64,000 nucleotides of DNA from Octopus sinensis (Eukaryota), in assembly GCF_006345805.1 (NCBI RefSeq), contig NC_043000.1, forward strand, positions 73,036,001-73,100,000, written 5' to 3'. The notes under the pieces were generated by a model. That model saw only the letters and a list, made by a program, of their open reading frames with translations. It did no database searches and was not told where the DNA came from. This document shows positions 40,683 through 53,468 of this stretch, one piece after another. Each line of letters starts with the position of its first letter. Positions within the stretch are counted from its first letter, which is position 1. Both the position numbers and the translations under genes were made by a program.

Positions 40683-42317
40683 GATACAGTTATGTTTGCA
40701 CCAAGTCCATCCTTTCAAGATCGAAATAACTATGAGTTTAGAAATTCTGACCACTAGGTAATGATTATTTAGATTAATACGATTGGCTAGTAGTTTGAAA
40801 TTTAAATCACAAAAGAAATTTTACGGTTGGTTAGTCAAGGAACGCCAATATTCACACGCGCATCCACAGATCAATCACACATACATACATAATTATATGT
40901 ATACACACACACATACACTTATACACATACATAACCACAAGCAACAACTAGCACATAGATAAACAAAAAGGGGAGCAACTATGCTGCCATTTAGTCTTTC
41001 AAAATTATAACTATGTCTCAAATAACAAAAAAGATCCACTCATGCATTTCATAAAATATTTAATTTAAAGATAAATATATTTTTAAATATCAGTATGTTA
41101 CGATGTCAGATACTATTTCATTGGGTAACTTAAAATTTGTAACACCGGTTTATTGCATAGTAAACATACCGGTTATTAGAACTACCGTAAGTTTGTTATG
41201 ATTCCAAGTACGCTAAGTTATAAAATATATATTAATTTATATATTATAAATATATCTCTTCTTTACTTAATAAATTTAATGCCATAATATACCAGATTAG
41301 GCATTAAATAATATCAACATGGGGAAGTACTAATGCAATCGTAAATGAGAACATCACAGAAATTTTTTAAAATTTTATATATTATAAATACTTAAGATAA
41401 AATGTGATAAAATAAATAAGAAGGAATAATTACGGTTACACACATATTATAAGTACAAACCAGTATATATGTATTCATATATTATTAAAATAAAATTAAA
41501 ATAAATGATAGATATGTATGTATAAAACTACACTTGTATAAGTAAATAAGTAAAAAATAAATAGATAACAAATTAGATGACTTGATATGTATGTATAAAT
41601 CTACACTTAAATAAGCAAATAAATAAATAATTAAAAGACTAAATGCATAGATAGATACCATTACAATAAAATAAAAAAATAAAGTGAATATATATATTAT
41701 ATTGATGAAAGTAAACATGTATGGAAGGATAATTTAAAGTACAGATCCAGAAGACTATAGATATAAACTAAATATATAAGGCTGGTAATATTTATAAAGC
41801 CAAATGTATGTAAATGAAAAGGTTTATTAGTAAATAGCATAAGATACAAATTAAGGTGAGTACAAAGAAAGACCAAATATACAATATAAACCTGCCAAAT
41901 AAACACATACAAAAAACCTAGATTCTCAACCTAAACAAACCAAACTCATAAAAGGCTCTCATATATTACATATTACATATTACACAATAGCATTACATTA
42001 TCTAGAGCTAGGTATCTAACCAAGCTATACATATACACTATGCAATATTAGAAAACTACAAAAATCACATATTACAAGGCAAATACCAAAATGAATATGC
42101 TATTTCATGTCATATTGCATTTCCCTTAAAAAACAAACAAAAACCCACATATAAAAAACAAGAAACAAATAATACTAGACACATCTATTATTATTATACA
42201 AATGTAGCTATAAAATTATAAATTTATAAGTTGCATACTTTAGAATTATAGAAGACCACTGGTATAGTTAGTTATAGAAGGGAGTTAAAAAATTATTAAT
42301 AGTAGAAGTGCTAAGTT

Positions 42318-44290
42318 CTATTTGAATCTAGAAAAGGTGAACGGTAGTCTATGAATGCAAAAAAAGTTCTTTTCATTTATGTTGTTAATAATTTTCCTAC
42401 CCGCTTTAATAATGAAAAAAATTTCATTAATACATAGAGAGCATTTTTTATTTTTTCCATTATACACAGGTGCTGAAGTTAGTATTTTCCAGTTTAATCT
42501 AAAATCTAAGTTCTTGCTTTTAAGTTCCCAGATGTATGCACTTAGCCCTGTAGAGTACATTCTATTTTTATTTCTAAAAGTATATCTGTGATAATTCAAT
42601 CTCTGTTTTATGCTATTCATAGTTGCCCCGATGTACACCCTACTACTCAATTGTGTATCTACAGTGCATTGGTAAACTACCTCCTTCCTGAGGCATTGAT
42701 TACCAAACACACATTTATTTCTGTTTCTGAAATTACAAAGATTAACAGAATGAGGTAATCTAAGATTGGTCCCTACCCCTGTACTACCATTCACATTATA
42801 AGTGTTACAATTGTTATCATCATCCAAACCCAAAATCAATGAATGAGTTAATTTCACATTATTGGCTATATTCCTATCACTAGTGCTAGTATTGGTAATA
42901 GTAGTATCATCTATTACATTTATATTATCCCTAGCAGGTACGGTGCACTCATTATTAGTAAGGGGGTTGTTCACATTAGTTCCAAGAAAGTTTCTATTCC
43001 TATTATTATTAAAGAGGGGCAAATTTCCATTGTCTAAATTCAATTTTCTATCCTTATAGAAGTAATCCAGTTTCCTGTTATTAAAAGAGGAGATAATGGT
43101 GGCTAGATTATGAGTAATGCTATATCCCACTCTAACACTACCGTTGTTAATTAAAGGACTAAATTTATTCTTATCCTTACCAAAATGCCTAAATATAACA
43201 TTATGCAAAGCTCTCACTATGTTTGTTTTAATCTGCATTGCATATGGGATAATCAGCCAGAGTGTATCCTTATCAGAATTAGGATTGCCTATAGAATTAT
43301 TGTTATTTGTAAAAATCCTATTCCTAGACCAACCCATAAGTTTACTATTCTTACCACTGTCATTGTTATATCTATCTATATCAATATTCCCATTGTATTA
43401 CGCAAGTAAACTTTACCATTATCATGTCTACCATAAGTTTTAATATGTATATTATTATTAATATTACTACTATTACCCGTATGCTCAAATCTATTTAAGC
43501 TACCGTTCACCTTTCCGAGGTTAACATCACTTCTACAATTATTATAGGTGTTATCATATATTCTATTTTTACTATTCTTATGTTTATTATTGTTAATCCT
43601 AAATCTATTGGTGTTGTTCCTAATAGTTCTACCTCCATTAGGAGGGTTCCCCTTAGGTATAAACCATATCTTACTTTTGTATCCTGCCTTAAGCAATGCT
43701 GCATTGTATCTATCACAATGCTTGTTAAAAATTTCCTCGTTAGATGATAAACTAGAAATTCTCTGACTAATGCTACGCACTAGTGCATTTTTAATTTGAG
43801 GGGGGTGATTACTTGAACGGTTAATATATATTAGGTTAGAATTAGGTTTAATATAAGGTTCATGTAATCCATTAGTAATGTTACAATTAACATCTAAATA
43901 ATTAGCAGAATAATTTTCACTTTCAATGATAATGGATAGGCCGAAACTTTTAAAAAATTTATTTATTCTTTTTTTCAGAAGATCTAATCTCCTATTAGAT
44001 GTATTTTTAACACAAAATAAGGCGTCATCCCTGTATAATCCACCTTTTAATTCAGGGAATTCCCTACTAAAGTTATCTAATAGATACATCCCAACTAGAT
44101 CAGTCACCTCCGCCGAGTCCGGCGATCCCATTGTGATATCGAACAAGTTGGGTGTGTCCTTTCTAGCCCAAAGTTTATTATCAAACTCTATTAAGGTTTT
44201 CCTGGCTGTTAATATAACCTTAATCTCCCCCATACTTAATTTAGTGTGTTTTCTAGCAAAAATCAAAGACTTATTTAATATAATAGGTTT
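42318..44290 (-). pseudogene. Penelope-like RT plus GIY-YIG endonuclease; N-terminus truncated, one frameshift near 43400
   Basis: FDITMGSPDSAEVTDLVG, GLYRDD, NYLDV, YINRSSNHP; Asn-rich linkers; CNFRNRNKC..QCL..VVYQC..VYIG..KQR..H..LS.YIWELK..CSLC..CIH. Confidence 0.92.
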
Positions 44291-44602
44291 ATATAGCTTT
44301 ATAATTTTATGAACTGAACCATGGTTTTAATTATTATTTTTCATCTCCCTATGTGTTAGTTTTTTAAAACTATTAGCCAAATATGTATAATAACTGTGCT
44401 TATTAATATTAATATATACACTGATATATATTTTGTTTTATTTTGTTTTGTTTACCTTGCATTATTGTACCAATGAGTATTATATTATATAAGTGTAGCA
44501 TTATGAAGTTTATGCATAAGTTTTTATATTTTACATTTTTATATTTTTATATTTATATGTATATGGAAAAATAATTTTTTTCACAATTATAACAAATTTA
44601 AT

Positions 44603-44712
44603 TCTCTGAAGAGGCCGTGGGGCATCCTTGTTAATGCCTCATTTATACCTACCTTTATGGCTTATAGGTTAAATGAGGTATGACTGCCCTCGCTGCCGAA
44701 ACAGCTGTCAGA
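44603..44712 (+). ncRNA. Type I hammerhead ribozyme with long stem II
   Basis: TCT-CTGAAGA-[GGC...85-nt hairpin...GCC]-GAAACAGCTGTC^AGA; GUC triplet ends at 44709. Confidence 0.85.
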
Positions 44713-45071
44713 TATGATTTAATTACATATTATATTTGAAATTTTATACTTATATCTCTTTGTCTATTTACATTTACTGTATATTTTGTATAATGCCTTT
44801 ACTGATATGTAATGGTGTAATAAAGTAATGTTTGGGTATCATCTGATAGTTGATGTTTTATTGATTTAAGTATGTTTCTCCATTTTCTAATTTTGTAGTA
44901 TTAATTTACGGTAATATTATTACCTTTACCCATATAATACAATAGATGAACTGATTGTTTGGCAATTTTTAACATCTATGTATTAGTCTTGTTGGGTACC
45001 TATCTAGCAGTATATTGGATATATGTTATCCCATGGTGGGTTGAATTTTCAACCCCTATCTCATTTTATAA

Positions 45072-45105
<34 letters not shown>

Positions 45106-45107
<2 letters not shown>

Positions 45108-45284
45108 AAGACAACTGGAGGTTTCTACAGGACAACCTGTTGAGGGCTACTGACCAGATCTGTATATTTTGTATAATGCCTTTACTGATATGTAATGGTG
45201 TAATAAAGTAATGTTTGGGTATCATCTGATAGTTGATGTTTTATTGATTTAAGTATGTTTCTCCATTTTCTAATTTTGTAGTTA
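45106..45284 (+). mobile_element. 58-bp RTE fragment fused to a third copy of the Penelope repeat end
   Basis: EDNWRFLQDNLLRATDQIC-coding piece (45106-45163) is joined through CTGT to a copy of 44777-44899. Confidence 0.85.
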
Positions 45285-46501
45285 TCCTCTCGACCCAGGG
45301 TAACCATCTTTCTCTCCTATTGCTAGAGCTCTCTGTTTTTGAAGGTGTTTGTAGTTAGTATGCAAATCTTTAAACTGAATCAATTAGACTATGTTGTTGT
45401 CTGATCATAATTTTTCTGTTATAAAGCAAATAATTTATTATTTTTTCCTTTATTATACAATTTATCATATGTATATACGTATATATTTGTATGTGTACAT
45501 ATTGTTTACATGTATATGCATGTGTGTGTGTGTGCGTACAAACAGAATACAGGAAAAATTTGGTATTATTTATTCTTCATTACATATGTTTCATTACCTA
45601 ATAGTAGTTATGGAGATATACATGTAGAAAAACGGGTAAGACATCTCCTGTTAGTAATTTGTGAGGCAGAGAATTAAAATGATAAAAAATTACATTGGCT
45701 GGAGCTATAATATATTAGTATTAAGTATTAACCAGGAGTCATCTAGATAGAAAGGAATATAGATAATACATATATAAATATTTACATATTCATACATGTT
45801 ATATAAATTTAAATATATATACGTACACACACACACACATGTAAATATTTACATATTTATATATGTTGTATAAATGTACATTTTGTATGTGCGTGAGTGT
45901 GTACATATGTACAGTGTGTACATATATATGTTTATGTACATATATGTGTGCATGTACATACATACATATGTTCATGTGTACATATAGTTTACTGTATTTT
46001 TACTTATACCGTTTGAGATTTGTTTCTTCATTCTTTCTAATTTCTGGCTTCTTTATAATTTTTCTCTCTTGCCCTCAGTATTATTTCTCTCCGAATCCTC
46101 CCACTATCACTTCATTACAAGGTATATTTGATACATCATAACATCACATTTATATACATGTTGCATTAAGTTGTCTCTTCACTCCTCTTCCAGCCCGTTG
46201 TTTTAATAATAAATTACCCACTTGTTTTCCCTTCTTTCTCCTCTCATTGTTTTTATTTTCTTTTCTTCCTTTTAATATATATTTTTATTTGTTTACATAT
46301 CTTAATCTCAGTTTAGATTTTAATCTTTAATTTTAATTTTTGGCTTCTATGATATTCTTTTCAACTACTTGCAATTTCTTATTTGTGACACTCTATTTTA
46401 TTCTAATTATTTTTTCATTAGTATTTATGGAAAGATTTTCAATTCAATCATCATTTGGTAAGCAGTGTCCATTTAACAATTCTGTAAATAATAATATTTT
46501 A

Positions 46502-46647
46502 TATGTATTGACTAAGGAAAATAGTCTAATATTGGGGCATATAAGCCCTTGATGGAAAAAAGCCCTTGACAGTAAAAAGTACCCTACATTTTTCCTTTGA
46601 GGGCTTATATGCCCCAATATTAAACTGTTTTCCTTAGTCAATACATA
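46502..46647. repeat. Inverted repeat, ~55-bp arms
   Basis: TATGTATTGACTAAGGAAAA..AATATTGGGGCATATAAGCCCT is mirrored by AGGGCTTATATGCCCCAATATT..TTTTCCTTAGTCAATACATA. Confidence 0.9.
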
Positions 46648-46692
46648 GTAATCGCTTATAAGCTTTAAAATTATAAAATATTATCATTGTTG

Positions 46693-46745
<53 letters not shown>

Positions 46746-47043
46746 CTCAACTGTGGTCGATCCCCACTTGCATTCAAATATACACGATTATTTTTTTTAA
46801 ACTAGTTACCCTATCAGCTATAAATGCTTATATACTGAACTGCTATCCACAAGTGTTGTATATACTCACAATTTATGAAATTTCTTTACTAATATATATT
46901 ATCACAACTGTCTGGTGAATGATCACATGAAACTTTGAATAACTGCCTGGGAAGTATTTTCAGCTTTAATAAATAGTGTGTGTGTGTGTGTATGTTTGTA
47001 TGTAGATAGATAGATAGATGGATAGACAGACAACCAGACATGC

Positions 47044-47352
47044 TTTTACTTGTTTCAGTCATTTGACTGTGGCCATGCTGGAGCATCACCTTTAGTCAAA
47101 CAAATCAACTCCAGGACTTATTCGTTGTAAACCTAGTACCTATTCCATTGGTCTCAAACTGCTAAGTTACAGGGACATAAGCACACTAACATCAGTTGTC
47201 AAGCAATTGTGGGGAGACAAGCACTGACACACGCACAACTATATACTTATATACGACTGGCTTCTTTCAGTTTCTGTCTACTAAATTCACTCACAAGGCT
47301 TTGGTCGGTCCAAGGCTATAGAAGACACTTGCCCAGGGAGCCATGCAGTGGG
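47044..47352 (-). mobile_element. SINE, head truncated
   Basis: Homologous to 58982-59382. Confidence 0.85.
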
Positions 47353-47362
47353 ATATATATAT

Positions 47363-47577
47363 ATTGTGAAGTATATTTGCCATCTAAATGTGGCTAACCC
47401 TTAAGGGTTGATACTACTGTAGCTTGTAGCCCCAGGAAGACATCTCTTCCAGCTGGCTACCAACACACTTTCTGTGCCCTAAGCCAGCTGGAGGAAATGT
47501 CTTCCTGGGGCTACAAGCTACAGTAGCATCAACCCTTAAGGGTTAGCCACATTTAGATGGCAAATATACTTCACGAT
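47363..47577. repeat. Inverted repeat, 96-bp arms with 23-bp loop (MITE or fold-back)
   Basis: 47363-47458 versus 47482-47577, few mismatches. Confidence 0.93.
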
Positions 47578-49510
47578 GTCATGCAACTACTGTTTATATC
47601 TTGCTCAGAGATTTATTATATATATATATATATATATATATGCAGGCACACACACATACTTTGTTTTTGTATCTAGTTTTCAAAATTCTTTATGTGAATT
47701 CGTGTGTTGAAACAAATTTGTAAAAAGGAGAGTCATTATACCAATATTAATGCACACACTGGTTCACTTCCACTCCTTTATTATTAGTCAATCGCTTATC
47801 CAACTAACTATTTGATTGTTTGTTTAACTTCGTTAAATAGTAAGTCATTTTGTTTGCATTTGTCAAATTCCTTTTGTTGCTACTTGCAACCTTTTCAATG
47901 ACTTTCTTCTTAGTCTGTTATGGAGGCGGCATTTGCTTGAGACTTTGTTGTGTGTGTGTGTGTGTGTGTGCCAGTGTGCACTTGTGTATGTGTATATGTA
48001 TGTATTTTTCTGTGCAGTCATGTGTCTGAGTATGCATATATTTGTGTGTTTGTGTGTACTTCTGCTTCCTTGAGTGTTTTTATGCATATGAGTGTGTGTG
48101 GGTATGCATGCGTGCCTATATGTGTGTGTCTATGTGTGCATGTGTATGGTCATGTGTTTCTGTCTCCTTGTATGTAGGTGTGTGTGCATTTGGGCATGTC
48201 TGCCCATACTGCCTATGTACCTACCTACCTACATATCTATCTACCTACTTACTTACCTACTTATTTGCTTGCCTATCTTCCCACCTATCTACCTACCTAC
48301 ATAATTAACTAAGTAACTAATAATCTATATAACTAACCTAACCACTGAAACTTATCTACTTACTTATCTACCTACCTACTTATTTGTCTAGTTGACTGCC
48401 AAGTTACGAATGTACCTATGCATGCTGTGTATGTCAGTTGCAGGATCCATTAGAATCTAGCTGTACCAACATGTAGGTTTCCAGGATTGACTGGATACTT
48501 AGTATTTCGCCTTACAGTATGTTGAATCAACTCATATTTGTCATTTGTTGGTAGTATGCAGTAAGTGTGTATTTTTAATTTCCAGACATATGCATATATA
48601 TGTCGGTACCCAATCCAATATAACTTTTAATCCACCTAAGGGATGGTTTCAAATGTAGCATATGTATAAAAAAAGAGCACAAGTGGGGTTCAAAATTCAC
48701 AACAGCTGTTTTGGCAGCATTTTATTGATGCATTGTTAGATTACATCATAGCAAATATCTGCCATCGTTAGACAGATTTTAAACCTATAAACATGTTAGG
48801 TAGAAATAGAAGTTTGCCAACAATCATGGTGGAGCAAGTGAAATTTTGAGAAAGTACATAGAATTTCTAGAGAAAGTGGGTCAAATACATGGAGGGAAAA
48901 TACTTCAAAACTACCCCATTTTTCCAGTTGCTTTCTTAATTAGTTTATAGCTCTGGCCAGTGATCAGGGATCATGTATGATCATATCAAACAAACTAAAC
49001 AAAAAAGTTTATAAAAAATAAACAAAAAAGTTTATAAAAAATATATATTCAAAAAGGTCATACAGATAAGACACCTTGTTTTTGGACTAGGAATGTTAGA
49101 CAATAGGATCCAGTGACTCCACCCAGGTTGCTGATATAGTTGGTGTCTATTTATTGCATTGTTTATGCAAATTTTTCCCCACCTATCCAGTAGTTTATAT
49201 CAGGATGATGCTTTACTTATCATCCAAAGTAACAGTAAAGTTTACAGTGAAAGAGCTGGAAAAAATTTAAAGAAATTCTTTAAAAACTGTAATCGAGATA
49301 TTACTTTCGAGCATAGTCACATGGCCACTAATTTCCTAGACACTACATTTGATTTTAATTCGAGTCTTTTTTTAACCATATTGTAAACCTACTGAGACAA
49401 CAACTTACATAAGATACTCTTCAAATCATCCCAGAAGTGTTTTAAAATCACTAATAAGGTGAGTCTCAAATAGGGTGTCACAAGCTCTCTGCTAACAAGG
49501 GCACCTTTAA

Positions 49511-49731
49511 CCCTTTCGTTACCAACCCGGCCAAAACTGGCTCTAGCTCTGTAGTACAAATGTCTTGTTTTCATAAGTTTTGCATTGAAATATACCACCA
49601 AGCCTTAGTCATAATTTATGTTCCTAACACTTGCTGAATGATAACTAAGTTATTTTACTAAATTCTTTGTTATATTTAAAGTAATTGAAAGAAACACAGA
49701 GCATCTCAAAATAAATACAGTAACGAAAGGG
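49511..49731. mobile_element. piggyBac-type MITE
   Basis: TTAA target duplication on both sides; TIR CCCTTTCGTTAC / GTAACGAAAGGG. Confidence 0.92.
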
Positions 49732-49879
49732 TTAATGCTTATGCCTGCCACTATAATGAAGTAGTAATGAAAGCAGATCATGAGTAGAATATTAGCTATT
49801 TCCTAGGGACCAATATATTAAGGAATCATGTAGTGGCTGATAGTTCTATTAGTAATACAAGTTCAACTAACACAAATTG

Positions 49880-52800
49880 GGGTCATTCCATACGAAATCA
49901 ACACAGATGCCAAAGGTGACCGATACAGATTTCTTTTAAACTTTGCATGCTAAATGGCTTTCATATGAAACCTTTAAATATAAGATATTCTTTTACCTGA
50001 GCCTAATATTTGCTGAGTTATGACCGTTTGAAAATTTCAAAAAAGTGACATTTTTTTGATTACTCAATAACTTTGAGAAGCCATATCTCAGCTACTATTT
50101 CAGCTAGAAAGTTCAATTTGTTTCTCATTTTAAAGCATTTAAATAAATCTACAACTTTTGTTTAGTGTATTTTTTCTTTACAATAAAAACTTTAAAAACT
50201 GACCTAAAATTTGACCTTTCATAGGTCAAAAGACCCAGAAATCGATTTTTTTCAAATTTTGTCCAAATATTGCCCAACTTAGTCACAACTCACATAGAAA
50301 AATTCATTCTGGGATCTCAGTGGAAACTATAGTTACAACCTAATTAAATTCCTTAATTCTCTTTTTTTTCTTTCAGATTAGCTATATATAACCACTTTAA
50401 TTAATTCTTGGTTACAGATAGATGTAAAAGATTTTTAGCTAAGCAAGGAAAGTGTTGTGACCCATTTAAAAAGCATAAAGCATCTGTGAAAAAGGGTTTA
50501 AGAACAATAACAGCAGATTTTGCAATCAAATATCTTAAAGCAAGCCTAATTCCTGAACAAAAAATGTGACTCATACAGAAAAACTTTGCCCACATTTCAA
50601 ATTGAACCATCATCAGAAGATATGAGAGATGATACATCAACTACCACTGAAGCGACTTCATCAACAGATATCTTCATACAAGAAAATGCAGAATTAGAGA
50701 TCCTCAACAATACTCTGTCAGAAATTGGAGAATCTCCAATAAAAAAACAAAAGATAGATACTACCATCATTTATGCTGAGAAAATAAGAAAAGAAATAGA
50801 AAATGCTTTTGCTCAAAAAATGCAAATCATTTCACCTAAAAGGGAGGTCAGTGAATCATCAAAAGAACTTAAAAAATCATCACCCTGAAAGTGAAATAAT
50901 CAGTTAAAAGAAAAATTCACAACAGAAAAAAGATCATAAAAACTGGAAATTTTAACAATTCTGCCCAAAAGCTGGTCTCTAAGAAAAATCCAAAAGGTGT
51001 TCAATGTACCTGATTACATGGCCAGACAAGCTAAAAGACTGGTCAATGAGTAAAGGATTTTATCACATCCTAGCCATAGAAAAAGCACATTACCTCAAGA
51101 AATCGTCACTTGTGTTTCTCAGTTTTATAAAAATGAAGTAAGCAGAGTTGTGCCAGGAAAAAAGGATTACAAACCAGTAAAAAAATGTAGCAAAAGAGTT
51201 CATGAGCAGAAGTACCCCATACGTTGTAACTTAAAGGAAGCCTTCCAATTGTTCTAATCAAAAAATCCTGAAATCAAAATTAGTTTCTCAAAATTTGCAG
51301 AGCTAAGGCCAAAAGAATGCATAGTCGCAGGTGATGCTGGTACACATAATGTATGTGTATGCACTATTCATCAGAATGTCAAACTAATGATTTCTGGCAT
51401 GAAACTATCTGATTTAACCGAGGATATGAAGTTTCACTTGATTGATTACAAACAATGTTTGGAATCAATTACTTGCAACCCAACAAAAAATGACTGCTAC
51501 ATGAGTAACTGTTCAAATTGTAATTCTTTGCTAGAAGAGTTTGAAAAATTCTTATATGAAATGTTTAATGGAAATATGATTGATGAAGTATAGTATAGGC
51601 AATGGTTAACAATGGACAAAACAATCCCAGAAAATATATCAAAACCAACAGCTTAAAGCACTTAAAGTACATGATTTTATTGCCAAGGAACAATCTAAAT
51701 TTTGTACTCAAGAAAAGAACATTTAAGTGAAAGAGAAATCTTAGTCACAAGCAAATTTTTCAGAGAATTATTCATCCATCTTGCAAGATGTACAAGGATT
51801 TCATTGGAACAATGCCCAAGCCACTATCTATCCGTTTGTCTGTTATTATGAACAAAACAATGATGTGACTAACATCAATGTTATTATATCTGACTGTATG
51901 AAGCATGATAGAGTAGCTGTCCTTCTCTTCCAAAAAAAGCTGACAGATTTTCTTTAGGGCAAAGCCTTTGATATCAACAAAATTATCTATTTTTCAGACA
52001 GTGCTGCTTCACAATATAAAAATTATAAGAATTCTATAAATTTATGCTTCCATTCTATAGATTTCCAAACTGATGCAGAGTGGCACTTCTTTGCTACTTC
52101 TCCTGACAGGGGACTTTGAGATGGCTTAGGAGGTACAATTAAATGAATGGCAGCTCAAGAAAGTTTACAACACCCTTTCAATTAACAAATCATTATTCCA
52201 ACACAACTTTATGATTATAGTCAGCAAAACATTTCTGGAATTAATTTAATCTACTCCTCAAATGATGAAATGCAGAATGAGGAAAATATATTGAGAGATT
52301 TAGATGCAAGGGCAATTCCAGGGACACAAGTTGCATTGCTTTATCCCAAACTCACCTTCAGAAATTAAGGTAAAAGTGGTATCTACAATAATTATACTAA
52401 AATTAGAATCTCCATGCAAGATACTATTCAATTTGAAGATATAAAAGGGTTTGTAGCTGCAATTTATCATAGTGACTGGTGGTTAGCCTGTGTTCTAGAA
52501 ACATACCCTGAAACTATGCAAGTAAAATTTACCTTTGGTGAACCTAAAGATCCCTCATCATCATTTCAGTACCCTAGAAAATCAGATGTTTTAACAGTGG
52601 ATTATTTAAACATCCTTTGTAAATTTCACCCCAGAACTGCTACAGGAAGAACTTATACTTTAACAGAAAAAGAAATGAAAAATGCATCACAATTATTTAT
52701 TTCAAGAAAACTATCTCATTAAATTTCGCAGATTTAAGAATTTCATCTAACAAGTACCTAATCATTTAAAGTAAGGCATTGCTTGAGGATTTTATATATT

Positions 52801-53468
52801 GGCAGTGGCATTGCCACCATTGATCATAGCAGAACTGAAAAGTAGTTACAATTACAATTAAGTCAATATTATTACTGAAATAATAAAAATGCTTATTTTG
52901 ATTATCGGCTCTTTGTTTTTTCCTTGAAGCTCAAATTGTCTTGTTTAGTAAGCGATTTTTGATAATTTGTCACTACTTTTCACAATATATATTATATTTA
53001 TTAAAAATACTTCCCAATGAAATCCCAGCATGAATTTTTTTATGCGAGTTGTGACTAATTAAGCAATAATTAGACAAAATTTCAAAAAAAATTGCTGACT
53101 CGGTCTTTTGACCTATGAAAAGTCAAAGGTCAAATTTTAGGTCAGTTTTTAAAATTTTTATTGTAAAGAAAAAATACATTAAACAAGAGTTGCAGATCTA
53201 TTTTAATGCTTAAAAAAAAATTGAACTTTCTGGCTGAAATAGTAGCTGAGATATGACTTCTCAAAGTTATTGAGTAATTGAAAAAATATCACTTTTTTTT
53301 TTTATTTCAAATGGTCATAACTCAGCAAATATTAGAGTCAGGTAAAAAGAAAATTTCATATTTAAAGGTTTCATATGAAGGCCATTTAGCAAGTAAAGTT
53401 TGAAAGAAATCTGTATTGGTCACCTTCAATATTTTAAAAAATTGCGTTGATTTCGTAAGGAATTACCC
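49880..53468 (+). mobile_element. DNA transposon with ~450-bp TIRs, Sola2-like, pseudogenised transposase
   Basis: TIRs start GGGTCATTCCATACGAAATCAAC and end GTTGATTTCGTAAGGAATTACCC, matching inward to ~50330/53010. Motifs CVCTIH, FSENY, QGFHWNN, SDCMKHD, YFSDSAASQYKN, WHFFATS..DGLGGTIK. Superfamily assigned from remembered motifs; TSD not clear. Confidence 0.8.

Larger units (their letters stand above)
40007..44899 (-). mobile_element. Young Penelope-like (Naiad-type) retroelement, 5'-truncated, with 608-bp inverted terminal repeat
   Basis: 40007-40614 and 44292-44899 are near-identical reverse complements; RT and GIY-YIG ORFs lie between; a hammerhead is present in each repeat. Confidence 0.93.

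Noticed and set aside
42318-44290. Selenocysteine recoding as reported for some Naiad elements
   Set aside because: No in-frame TGA at the conserved Cys positions and no SECIS recognised.
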